64,000 bases of DNA from the human T2T-CHM13v2.0 reference genome, Homo sapiens, in the NCBI RefSeq assembly GCF_009914755.1, contig NC_060946.1; one strand, written 5' to 3'. Below are positions 27,359 to 40,215 of the stretch, in pieces. Position numbers and translations under genes: made by a program. Every line of letters starts with the position of its first letter. Position 1 is the first letter of the stretch. The notes beneath the pieces were generated by a model. That model saw nothing but the letters and a program-made list of their open reading frames with translations, searched no databases and was not told where the DNA came from.

Positions 27359-28817
27359 GTGAGTGGCCCCCAGGCGGGGAGGAGGGGGTGCTGTGGCCTT
27401 CCTGGCCCCTAGCCTGGACACATGGGGGTGTGGGGAGCAGGAGCTGGGGCCCCCAGCACTGGCCCCGGGGCTGCGATGTGGGGGCTGCTCTGTGAGGCAG
27501 GCTCAGAGCCTTAGCCTCCAGCTGCAGGGAGCTGGGTCTTGGCCCCATCTTGCCCACATCCTGCCACCAGGAGCAGAGAGCTGCAGCTGCACCCGGGCTG
27601 TGGGGGAGGGATGCCAGGTGTATCTCTGGGTCCCGGGCCCAGCCTGCACCCAGCGCCTGAAGTAAGGGCCACCGGGCAGCCCCGGAGGTCAGGAGGGAAG
27701 TGGAGCCCGTGCTGGGTGGCTGCTTACCACTGGGCAGTGAGGAAGGCACCTGCGCTGATGAGTTTGGAAGGGGTATGGGGATCCTGGGGCCCTGGGTTCT
27801 GGGAGGTTCATGCCCAGGCCCCCCTGGGCCATCCCAAAAGCCAGTCATAGTGGGGCCCACAACCTGCCGTGCCCTGCCGAGCTCCCGCAAGCCACTTGTT
27901 GATGCTTCTCAGTCCACCCCATGCCTCTCAACCGTTTCCTCCTAGACTAGGTCTCTTCATGGCGTTTCTGGGAGAATTCCTCAGTACTAGCTTCAGATCC
28001 CCAGTCGTCTCTTCCACTGTACGTGTGCCTGAAGCTCACCACATCCCTTACTTCAGTCCTTCTATTTTTCAGTCCCTGGATTTTGTATTATTTCTTGTTC
28101 ATATCCACCTGTCCTTGTTTCATTTCCGCCAGTCGGTTCAGAAGTTCTCATTCTTGTCTACGGATGCCATTCCTTTCTTTGCCTCTTTGGAGATTCTAAA
28201 GGTCTCTGAAATCATTATTAGATTACTGTATTACCTTCCTTCCTACTGGAATGAATTCACCTCCATGTTTTTTATTCTGTTGCTTACCTTTCTTAGCCTT
28301 CATATACCTCTTGCGCTTTGAAATTGATTTGCGACTCCTCTTAGCTGAGCCAATGTTGTGGAGACAGGGAGTGGCCTGCAGTGCCTGAAACTGCAGGGCA
28401 GCAGCCGCCTCCCAGGAATGTCCTGGGTCCTTTCCTCCTTTGAGGTCCCCTGCCATATGCTCAGATGGGGCCAGGCACAGCAACGGGGGCACACCTCCCT
28501 TTGGCCCAGCAGTTGGGGTGCTGCCAGGCCTGGTGGAGGTACTTGGTAAACATTTGTTATGGAAAAGCAGCAGGAGGGTTCTAAGGCTGGGATTCTGGAG
28601 CCCAGGAACAGGCCAGGCATGGCTGGAGCGGGTCCGAGTCCGTGCACTGTGTCCTGTATGTTGCTCTTAGCCGCACTCAGGAGCAGATGTGCAGGTCACT
28701 GCCTAGAAGCTGGTGGGCACCTCCGTGCAGCAGGCTCTGGGGGGTATAGCCACCATCTGGGCATGTGTACAGAGGGCCTTGCTAGTGCGACATATGAGGA
28801 ACCAGAAGATGTGTGGG

Positions 28818-31186
28818 TTTTGATTAAATGGAGTTTTAATTAAAGTGGCCAGGTTGGGGGAGGTGAGGAGGAAGGCAGGAAGCAGCAGCAGTTTTGAGTC
28901 TGACCGCGTGGAATCCTATAAGGTGGTTCTTTCAAGAGGCATTATGCACATTCCGCAGCATGTGTCCCCTGTCTGTATGGGGCAGCATCTGCCCTCTGAT
29001 CTGTCCCCAACAAGGGGTAATCACAGAGAAGTATTACATTATTAATATTTAATTTCCCCTCCTGGTTAGCAACAGATGACTCAAGGAGTAATTAGATGCA
29101 CAGAGCCAACAGAGAGGGATAGGAAATTGCCAGATCCTGGCCCCGCCCCCTCCCTGGGGCCTCTGACCTTCCTGTCACTCTGGGAGGCTTCTGAGGGAGG
29201 GGAGCTGGAGGCCCAGGAGCCTTCCTGCTGCTGTGCTCTCTGTGCGCACGGCCGCAGCCCTACACCACCTTCCAGTGCTCTTGGTGAGGCTGAGAGAGGT
29301 CGCTTCGTGCCTTTGGGCCTCAGTTTCCTCATCTGTAAAATGGGCTTCCTGGGACCAGCAAGATCACAGATGACAGTCATTTCCCAAGCTCCTAAGCAGG
29401 CTGCACAAGCTGTGTCTGAGGGTCCAGTGCAGTGCCTGGCCTCTAGGCAGGTGCCCCCTGGGACGCGTAAGGTTTGGCAGCTCAGCAGTGACTGGCATCG
29501 TGGCCAGCTGACTCTGTGTTGCTCCCCAGTTACGGTCCACGACACATTAGTAGCTTGAAACTGGGCACAAGGGGAGAATTTACACCACAGAAATCAGGCA
29601 AAGCCTGTAAGTCAGGGTGCCCCCGGCCAGGAGCTGATTTGCCAGCCTACGGCTGGGTAGCTCCCAACCTTTCCCCAATGAATGCACTCCTCTTCCCCTG
29701 TCTGCCCCAAAGGTGCCTCTGACTCCACTGATCTGCTTTGCTCAGGGCCGAGAAAGGCACAGCTGAGAGTGGATTCTGGCTTGGCAGGGGCCCAGGTTAC
29801 CTGTGGGTCCGGGCAAGCCTCACCCGGGATGTGCTGGCAGCAGCTGGGAGAGCCTGCAGGAGTGCTTAAGGAGGGGCTTAAGGAGGGGCTGAGGGAGAGG
29901 ACGGGCAGCGAGGTGGCCTGTGTGGACCCTGCTGGCAGGAGCCGTGGGTGTCTTTAGCCCCGTGTGAGGCCGGCCTGGGCAGAGGGGTCTGTTGCTGTCA
30001 CTGAGGCTGGTGGGCAGCAGGAAGGTGGCTTCAGTATAGTCAAGAAGGTTATCGGTATCTAGTGCTGTTTAGCATGGGGACCCACAGCACAGAAGGTGGG
30101 GAGACCCTGAGAACGGGGGTACACAGGCAGGTACCCAGGGCTGCCAGGGAAGCCTTGCCAAACAGAGGCCCTGGTCAGGCTTCTCCCAAACTGGGCATCC
30201 CAGCTGGCATGGCACCAGTCCAGCCCGTGAGGCAGGCGCCGATGATTTGACCCCACCAGCAGGGCTCTGGGTGATGGGACTGGGGAGTCCTCCTTCACTT
30301 TGGCAGACGTGTTATGTTCCACCTTGTCTGCCCCCAGCAAGGCCCTTGAATCTGGAGCGTGGTCTGGGGCTGCATCAGCCTTCTAGCCTGGGATGGTCAG
30401 ATTGGCAGAAGGCTGTGGCATCCTTCAATGCAGATGCCCTAGAGAGGGCCGTGGTGGGAGGCAGGATCCCTGGGTAGAGGCGGCTCCTCAGTGGCCCACT
30501 GGGCCTCACTGGACAGTCGCCTGTTGCTGCTGCTGGTGGTGCTGGGCCTGGGAGTCCACCTTGGAGCCACAGGCCAGGCACCTGGGTGGGAGGCAGCCCG
30601 GGGCCAGCACCAGCTCCACTTGTACCTGTTGGGCAGGGGCTATCGTGAGTCAGGTGGGCCCTGGTGAGTACTGCTCAGGGAGAGAGGCCAAGAGCATCAG
30701 GGATAACTGTGTTCCTTGAGTGTGGCCAGGGATGGTGCCAGGAGAGCTGGTCTGGTGCATCCCTGCCAACGACACACTTTGTGAATGGCTGCCTGGCAAG
30801 TGCTCCATGGAAAGCAGGGGCTTGGGAGGACTCGGCCCTCTCCAGCTGCTGCAGGCCCTCCGTTGCTGCAGGGTTTCTGGCTCTGCTCTCTCCTTCCTCC
30901 TCCTGCTTCTGTGTCAATGCTCCATTCCCAGGCTCCTAGTAGGGGCAAAAGGGCCTGCTGGGTGCAGGAGAACCTCCAGTCCCAGGTATGGCTGCAGCCC
31001 GTGCCAATCCTGTTCCAGCCACTTGAGGTGCCGACAGCATTGGAGTTGGAGGGAAAGTTGGGGTCTGTGTGTTTGAGCTCTGTCACATGGACAATGGGGT
31101 AGAGGGGAGCCTGGCCCTTTGAACAGGGCTCAGGACCAGGAGTGACTTCCTCTCCAGGTTGCCAGTCCTGCTCCATCCCTCATGTC
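28818..31186 (-). ncRNA. ADORA2A-AS1: ADORA2A-AS1 (C22orf45) antisense RNA, 3'-terminal exon region (3' end approximate)
   Basis: Minus-strand acceptor tctctctctctcttccag| at 31187/31186; minus-strand ATTAAA at 28840-28835; contains the 159-aa ORF recognised as the putative ADORA2A-AS1 protein. Confidence 0.65.
30697..31176 (-). CDS. ADORA2A-AS1: Putative 159-aa protein of ADORA2A-AS1 (MEQDWQPGEEVTPGPEPC...), existence uncertain
   Basis: ORF track; sequence recalled as the annotated putative uncharacterized C22orf45 product; no recognisable domain. Confidence 0.45.
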   Translation of the reverse strand: MEQDWQPGEEVTPGPEPCSKGQAPLYPIVHVTELKHTDPNFPSNSNAVGTSSGWNRIGTGCSHTWDWRFSCTQQALLPLLGAWEWSIDTEAGGGRREQSQKPCSNGGPAAAGEGRVLPSPCFPWSTCQAAIHKVCRWQGCTRPALLAPSLATLKEHSYP

Positions 31187-32754
31187 CTGGAAGAGAGAGA
31201 GAGACGAGGTGGCTGCCCGAGTCCACGTGAAAGGCAGCCTCTGACCTCTTGTCCCCAGGCAGGTGGTGGCGGCTGGCAACACACTCATAGGGCCCCATGA
31301 GGGTTCAGGATTGGAGGGGGTAGATTTGGGGGCCTCTTAGCTCTCAAAGAGGGGCAATTTAACGGGCAGAGGTCCATTTGGATCCAGACCATTCACAGGC
31401 TCGAAGGGGACACTGGGAGTTGGGGCTGGGCTCAGGCCTGCTGGGGAACCAAAACTTCTGCTTCTGAGGGGTGTCAGTAATTCCATTTTGACTCTGGGGG
31501 AGCCATTTTAAATCTGTTTATTTCCTTCTCATAGAATCATGGGTGAGAGCTGGCATGGCCCCTAGAGGTCATTTGGGGTCCAGCTGCCTCACCGTATCAA
31601 TGAGGAAACTGAGGCCCAGAAAAGAAAAGCATTTTTGCCCAGAGTCCCTCAGTGAGTCCTGGTTCCGTACCTGCTTTCTGCCAGGGACCAAACTCCCGTT
31701 AGTCATTCCTGGTGTCAGCCAGGCAGAGGAGCAGGTGGGGGAGAGGGCGTGGGAGGAGGGAGGTGAGGCAGCTCCCTCCGAGTGGAAGCTCACAGTCAGC
31801 TGCAGCGCCGCCCCTGCCCTGACTGCAGCTGACTGGCAGGGGCACCTGGAGGCAGCGGGTTCGGGCGCAGTATGAGAGGGCTTACCCTCTGCGGCAGTGG
31901 GAGACAGGACCAGGCAGCTCCCCACATCCTTCCACATCCGAGCTCCAGGGGTCTCTGGCTTGTCCTTTCACAGGGCGGCTGGTGTCCCTTAGGTGGGTGC
32001 TGGTAGTTCCTGGGAGAGTTGACGGGATGGAGCAGGCCAGGGGGGCTGAGAAGTTGGCCTGGCGAGAGAAGGTGGGTGGGACTGGGAGAGCCTGGGCAGG
32101 GAGGGGCCTTTCTGGGAGGGAGTGTCATGGGGCTGGCCGAGATCCAGGACCCAGGAGACTGGCCAAGCTGCCACAGGAGGCCTGAGAGGCTGAGCATGGG
32201 GGGGCCAACACTGACAGACTTTAACAAGTTTCTGGCTCCCCCAGGAAAAAAACAGACCACATCTGATCCTTGGCCCTGAGTCCAGAGTGGGAGGCACCGT
32301 GACAACAATGCGCAGAGCAGGGAATGCAGGGAGCCATGGATAGTGCTGGGGTGAGCTGGAGTCCTGGCAGGGGCCCAGCTAGGGCAGTACTCATTCTGCA
32401 GAGCCTGGGAGAAGGGGCTGCCTCCTTGGGAGGGGTTTGTGTGGGAGTCTCAGCGGGAATTCTATTGGACCAGGGGAACCAGCCTTGCTCAGTGACTTCT
32501 CTGGGTGTCCTCCTCTAAAGTGAGGGTCAAATTCCCACCTCTCTCGCCTCCTGGCTATGACCACAGCAGACCAGGCAGGGCATGGGGCTAGGCGGGGTCA
32601 GGGGCCATCCTCAGGCTGACACCTGGCCTGTGGGTAGGGTGGGATCTGAAACTATAGGGTCTTCAGGGGGCCAAGTGTGGGGTAAGGGGTGGCACTTTCC
32701 GCAGGGCTCGCCCTCTGCAGATGGTTCAGCTTCTCATCGGCTGTCCCTTTGCAG

Positions 32755-33361
<607 letters not shown>

Positions 33362-36300
33362 TGAGCAGGGCCGGGGTTACATCTGTGCAAAGGCTGTTGG
33401 TGCCCAGGCTTTGGTCTGTGCCCGGAGCCAGGGTGAGCCTGGGATCAGGGCCTGGTCTGCAGTGTCAGCATGGTGAGCTGGCGACGGGGCCCCAGGCTCA
33501 GCAGGGGCTCCCCAGGGCCAGCACGTGGCCAGCAGTCATGCCGAACTGACTGACCCCTATGGGCGCAGGGCAGCCTGGCCCTCCCAGGCGGCCTGGGTTC
33601 CCCTAGGCTGCCTGAGGCCAACTGTGCTCTGCTTTTTGGCAGATGAGTGTGGCCAGGGTCTGGCATTGGGCTTAGCAGGGAGCTGTGGTCCCAGTGACCC
33701 ACGTGCTGCCAGCGGGTGTGTCTGGGCCATTCCTCACACACAAGCAAAACTTCCCGGATGATGCTGGGGTGGAGTGGGGAGCCAGGGGAAACCATAGGAC
33801 CTCAGAGTTAGGAGCCGCCCGCCACCTGCCTTCCCCCAGATCCTCTGGGCCAGCCTTGCAGTGTGCACATTAGGAAAATGACCCAGAGAGGGGAAGTGAC
33901 TTGGTTGAATGCCACAGTGAGTCACTTGGACCTATATGCAAATTCTGTTGCTCCTCAAGTCACCAAGGACTCATCGTCTTAGAGGCAGCCAGTGTGCTCA
34001 GGGGCTGGCTGTTGGAGGGGATTTTTATGGTGAATCTTTTGTGAAGTGACTTCAGCCAAGTAATTGTGCAAATGAAGATTTTCCCAGAGGCTGAATTACT
34101 CGGCATGGATTCCACCTACCCAGGCCATAGATGAGGCTAGAAAGTGCATCCCTCCCTTGGGGACGTCAGAGGCCTTCTGCCCCACCTCCTGGCCCCTCTG
34201 CCACAGAGCTGGGTTCCACAGCCTGGGTGGTTGTGGGCCCTGAGGCCATGCATGAGGCTTGAGGTGGTGCCTCTTGAGAGTCAGGGAGCAGGGTGCACCA
34301 TCTCTGCGGTGAATTATCTGAAACTGGTGGGTGCCTATCTAAAGAGGAAGCCACAGCAGGTTGAGGGTGCCCCAGCAGGAAGGAGGACCCAGCTAGATGA
34401 GCAAATGGAAATTTAGAGCGTCAAAGCCAAGGGGCCCTTAGAGGTCATTTCCTCTCATCTTCGGGATGGAAAATGAGCCTCAGAGAAGACAGCCAGCTGT
34501 TTCCGGGCCACACAACGAGTTGGTAGTGGAGCTGGGGCGAGTCCTGGAAAGAAATGTGGCCTGATCCCCACTGTGACTTCAGTCACTGGGGAGCGGTCAT
34601 GAGCAGCCTGTCTCGCAGAGCCTGCACCAGGTGGCTGTCCCTGTCACCTGGGCTCTAAGTGGGAGCAGGAGCTGCACTGGGCTGCTCCAGGGAAGGGGAG
34701 GAATCTGGACCTCACACTGCCCTGTCAGATGCTCTCTATCCCAGGAGAGTCTAGAACCCTCGGCAAAGGAGAAGGGGACCCTGGCCAGCCCTGAGAGGGG
34801 TGGAATTAGGGATTGTCGGACTCCAAGTGCAGTCTCTGGTGAGCCTCCATCCATTGCTCTGCGACGGGCAGAGCAGAGTTTAGGTTCGTCCAGTGGCAGC
34901 TCAGAACACGGAGGCCCAGGAGGGGCCCTGTCTGCAGGTGCCCAGGTGGGCCAGAGAACAAAGCACTGGAGGGGACTTCAGGGAACCAAGCTGAGTCTGC
35001 ACACTGATGGGATGCTCTATGGGGAAGCAGAGGCCAAGCTCTCACTTTTTTCTCTGATTCAAAGGGTATGATCAGGGCTGCCGTTCTCAATTTAAAGGAG
35101 CTCGACTTTTTTTCTCTTTTGTCTCTCCCTTTCCTTCTCTGTTTTCTGAGAGTTGAGAGAATGACTCCCTATGTAGTAGGACAGGATGTGCTGTGTGGCT
35201 ATGGAAAGTTAGCTGCCTCTCTCTGGGCCCATTTCCTCATCCATAAAATAGGACAAGTCTCTCTGCCCCTCTGAGCTCACAAAGGTGTTCTGAAGGTCCA
35301 GTGAGTGGATGGGGTGACAGGGACCCTGAGGAGGGTTGGAGGCGTGGGGAGGGTGGGGATTCAGATCTTTGGGTTCAGAGCCATGGACCTGCCCCCTATC
35401 CTCTACCCATCTCATCCCAACTTCCTTGGAGCTGGACCTTAGTTCCACCCAGACCTTGAGCCATTTGACTCTGCTCCATGAGGCTCTGCAAGGCTTAGGC
35501 TGGTCTCTTCTGCAGGGGGCCCTGGAGAGGATGACGACGATGATGTTCATCCTCCCTTGAGGGCAGAGAGCTTTGCAGTTGCCAAAGGATGTCAGCTCAG
35601 CATCTCCTGTCATCCTCTTGGCCTGCATTGTGGCCAGGCGGATGTTCTGACCCTCCTGTTACTCACAAACTCATGGGGAGGCCAGAGCAGGGAAGGACAT
35701 ACGAGTGTCTCCTGATGTGGATGGACTCCAGGGCCCTTCAGGCTGTTCCTGGCCCGCAGGTCCCTTCGCTTTCCTGTTCCTCAGGGCCCCTGGGCCTCTG
35801 GGCATGTGGAGGTGTCCATGTGGGCTCCCGAGAGCAAGCGGGGTATGAAAGGAACTTGGTGACACTCCTGGCCGGCGCTGGAGTCACAGCCTGCCTCAGG
35901 ATCCTCCCTCCTCCTTTCTCAGCTGGGAATCCAGCCTCCTCTACGTGCCGTTTCCTGCTCCACTCAGAAAGGTCCATTCGGCTAGCCCTGGGTCTAGCCT
36001 CAGGCCTGCCCCACTCTCCATTAACTTTTTTTTTAAAAAAAAGAACTCAGTTTTGGAAAAATCTGTTATTTTCCAAGTTCAGGGAACCTGTTGGGCTAGC
36101 ACAGGGCCTAGTCGAGGAACTCTGTGAGAAAGACTTCAGGCCAGAGGCAGAGATGTAGCTCTCTGTGTTCCCAGAGGATAGGGAATTCAGGGTGAGAGAC
36201 ACAGGCTTCTTTTTCCAGTTCCCAGGGGATTTTTGCCTCACTGTCCCCTCCCTGGCTCTCACAGCAGCCCTTGGTGGATGTTCTCGCTGGTTTGAGGAAC

Positions 36301-38694
36301 AGGCCAAGGTGCAGGTGGCAGCTGGTGGTGAGGCCCGAAGTCCTAACACTTCTAAGAGGGCAGGATTGGGAGAGAGGGCTCCCTGGAGGAGGTGTCACCC
36401 AGTGGGTCTTGCAGGACGGGCAGGCAGGGTCTCACTGGCATGAGTGTGGGGGCAGGTGTGTCAGGAGGGGGGCAAAGCCTGGGACAAGACCCTGAGGAAG
36501 GAATGAGCATGTGAGCACTGGGTAGGGAAGGGTGGCCTGGCTGCCTAGTGACAGAGAGAGATGAACAGAGTGGGCAGGAAAGGTGGAGGCCAAGTCAGGC
36601 CTGTTCGTACCAGGGGAAGGAATGGAGGTTTCCCTGTGGGTCCATGGCTCTTCAATTCTTGGATCAATGACTCCTTTGGACAACTTAGGAAGGCTCCACC
36701 TACTCCTCAGGTTGGGACATGTGCACATAAAGCCCCAGCTGGAATCATGGGGCATATTCTTGGACCATAGGGTGAGCCCCCAGTGTGGGTAATGGAGATC
36801 CCCAGAAAGGGGCAGCCTGCAAGCCGGGGGACACAGAGCTGCAGAGGGCACCTCCACAAAGGGTGGGCAGCAGCTCTGGGACCCACATTCTCTGACATGC
36901 CTGGGCACCCCAGAGTGGTGGTGTGTCACGCTAGACAGCCTTGGCATCCCTTCCAGCTGGATGGTCAATGTTTGGGGTCTAAGACGGCAAGATGTGAGTG
37001 TGTTGGTCACAGATGCAGCCCAGGATATGCTGCTGGGCCTGGCTGAGGCTCAGCTGTGATTCCATTTGGGCCCTGATGCTGTCCCCACCCCGTGGGCACC
37101 AGGGTCCAGGGCTCTCAGCCTATGGAGATTTCTTTTGAATAAACTTAGTCTATTTGCAATTTAAGAAAAAAAAAAGTCATGTTTTGCCCACTCTAAAACA
37201 TTAAAAAGGAACAAAAGAGTATAGTATAGTAGAAAGTTGTCCTCCATACCCCCTGTCCCCCACCCTCAGTTCCCTGCCTGCAAGGCCATGTTAAGAATCC
37301 TTCCAGAGATATTCTTTGCATATATAAGCAAGTGCTATTAATGTATGTTTTGTTTCTGTCCCCACACGGGACTTTCTTTGCAGAGTACGGTGGAAGACTC
37401 CCCTTGTGGGTTCCCGTTTCTGTACAAGTCAACAATTGGACAGACCAGGGATTTCCATACTGTGTTCCCAGAAGCCTTCGGGTTGGCTCTGGTGTCCCCA
37501 CCAATTCACTGATTCAATAAACATTTAATAAGCCCCTTCCCTTCCCCAGCAGCTTCACCTCTGTGACTGCCTGGGAATGTGGGCGACAAGGTTTGCTGCT
37601 GAGAACAGTTTGAAAACCAGCAAAGCAGGTGGCCCAGGGCCCAGGCAGCTCTGCAACACCCCTGTGGCTGCTTGGCTCTGCTCTGTTGCCTCAAATGACA
37701 GGAAACTCACTATTGCCTGAGGCAGGCCATCTCTCCTGTGAACAGCTCAGCTGAAAAACTCTTAACCTACCCTGAGTTACAATCTGCCTCCCTATAATTT
37801 CCACCCACTGATTCTCCATTCTGCCCTTAGAGGGCAGAGTGCTGACAGGTCCACGACTTGGTCCCATTTTACAAATGAAGAAACTGAGGCTCAGAGAGAC
37901 AAAGTTTTAAAACATTCCTGTTAACAGGGCCAGAACCCAGGAAGGGATATGCTTTTCTCAGGAATAATGTCAAAATTAATATAGCTTCCCAGTCAATGAG
38001 GACTATATAAATTACTATTTGCAAAGCACTAAGAACAGTGTCCGGCACAGAGTCAGTGCTATGTAATGTAGATGTGAGAATGAGAGAGCCTGAGATTTTA
38101 TGTTTGCGAGTCCCACAGGAGGCAGGGCAATGCCAACTCCCTGTTGCTTGGAAGCAATGGGCAAGTCTATGACCCTCCTGTTGAGGCCCTGTTACAGGTA
38201 ACCAAGCCCCCACGGAATGGAGCTGAGGAGCTCCTGAGAATGGGCTTGTCCGGTTACTGTTTGGATTCAGAACTGACCTAAGAGATTCAGAACAGACAGA
38301 CTCGCCTTGGCCTGAGTTGCCTCTGGGCTCTTGGAATGTCCACAGCAAGTCCATTCCTCTCCTTGGGCCTCAATTTACCCACCTGTAAAACAAGAGGATT
38401 GGACCACATAAGAGATCGGAAGCCACCAGGGTTTCTCTTTTTCTCTTTTATTTGAATTAGTTGACAAAACTTAAATCTTGGGAGATTTTACCCAGAAAAT
38501 CATCTCCCCAGCCCCACCTGAGATCTGGTAATAGCAGGCGTACGTTTTGCATGGCGCTGAAGACCAGGTAAACGCCCCACCAGCTGCCTCCTGTGTGTGC
38601 TACCTATAGGCGCCTGTTTGCTACCCGTGAATGAGATGGTTTCTGTGGATGTTCCCAGCTCCGCAGTTAAGTAGAGCACATCCTTCCCCTTGCA

Positions 38695-38696
<2 letters not shown>

Positions 38697-38735
<39 letters not shown>

Positions 38736-38993
38736 GAGACTGAGTCTTGCTCTGTCTCCCAGGCTGGAGTGCAGTGGCGCGATCTTGGCTCACTGCAAGC
38801 TCTGCCTCCTGGGTTCACGCCATTCTCCTGCCTGTCTCCCAAGTAGCTGGGATTACAGGCCCCCGCCACCACGGCCGGCTAGTTTTTTTTATTTTTAGTA
38901 GAGACAAGGTTTCTCCATCTCCTGACCTCGTGATCCGCCTGCCTCGGCCTCCCAAAGTGCTGGGATTACAGGTGTGAGCCACTGCGCCCGGCC
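38697..38993 (-). mobile_element. AluY-like, antisense in ADORA2A intron, 38-T tail, internal deletion
   Basis: ctgcaagctc and ttcacgccattc are Y diagnostics; TSD ccttgcacctt. Confidence 0.93.
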
Positions 38994-39755
38994 TCCTTGC
39001 ACCTTCTGAGTGTCCCTGTCTCGGAGCTGGCAATGCAGAGATGGATGTAGGAAAGCCCTGCCCCCGAGGGGCCCAGATGTGGTGGGGATCTGCTGCACTT
39101 CGGTAGGAAACTTCTTTGAGATCTCTATCCTGGACTTGAAGGATGGGTAGGGTTTCTGCCAGGTAGAGGGGAGTGTAGTCTGGTCTTGCCAGAATCAAAA
39201 CTGTTAAACAGAAGTCATCCCTCAGTGATCATCAAGGTTGCCTTCCTAAATTAGGGAGACTTTTTTTTTTTATTGTCCATTCTTTCATGAAATCTAGGCC
39301 ACCTTTCCTACAGGGCTGAGGTCTGCTTACTGGCTGGCAGATCCAGCCATTTCCCGAGTATGAGACTGGGAGTCGGTAGGCTTGGATTTCTGTCTGGCTC
39401 TCACTCAGGAAGACTGAGTGATTTCGGGCAGATTACTGTCCCCCTGGACCTCAGTATTTCCTTGCAAATGTTAAGATGGCCATGTAAATGTTAACAAGTA
39501 ATTCTCTCATTTCTCTCCAGAGGGCTGTGGGTGGGTTTGGAGGGGAGAAATGGCATCTCCTTTGGCCTGGGACCTCCTCCCCTCTTTTACCCTCCATGCT
39601 GCCTCTCCTCAAGGGCTTCTGGAGTCCCCAAGTCAAATGGCAAATGGGGAAGAGAAGACAGGGTATGGAGTACAAGAGGCCTAGATCCCCTATAGGTCTG
39701 ATCTGGCTGGTGCTGCCCCTAGCCAGTAAAGCCACCCTCCAGACCCCTTCAAGCC

Positions 39756-39855
39756 TGTTGTAGCCTTAACCAAGATCAACCAACATGGAGGTGACTGATC
39801 TTGGTTAAGGCTGCGACCAACATGGAGGTAATTGATCTTGGTTAAGGCTACGACA
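39756..39855. repeat. Inverted repeat (23/24 match) enclosing a 37-bp tandem duplication
   Basis: tgttgtagccttaaccaagatcaa (39756-39779) versus ttgatcttggttaaggctacgaca (39832-39855); tandem units 39779-39815 and 39816-39852. Confidence 0.93.
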
Positions 39856-40215
39856 CGTTTCCCTTTAGAGAAAAATCATGTTTTCCCCCTCAAAAAATCA
39901 TGCGTTAATTTCCTCCAACCAAACTAAGTCCCAGGACTACTCCGAAAACTACTCAATGACCATCTGGGCATTTGTACATGGGTTTCCATTTCTTGGATGC
40001 CTGCTCTCCTGTTACCTCCCAGAAGCCTGTGAAAAAGGCAAGGCATATTACTTCCACTTAACGGAAGAGGATGCTGGGGCGAGGTGGCAGGAAATGACTG
40101 GTCCAAGACCTTACAGTCAGGAAATGTGGAAACGGGTGCTGCTCTGGGGTTCTGAACTCTTGGCCCTGCTTAACCCTGGCTTCTCAGATCTCTGATGCTG
40201 GTCTCTTCTCCCCAG

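Noticed and set aside
26266-27890. ORFs of 187-285 aa around ADORA2A exon 1
   Set aside because: GC-rich promoter DNA open in several frames at once; no splice-consistent coding structure or recognisable protein.
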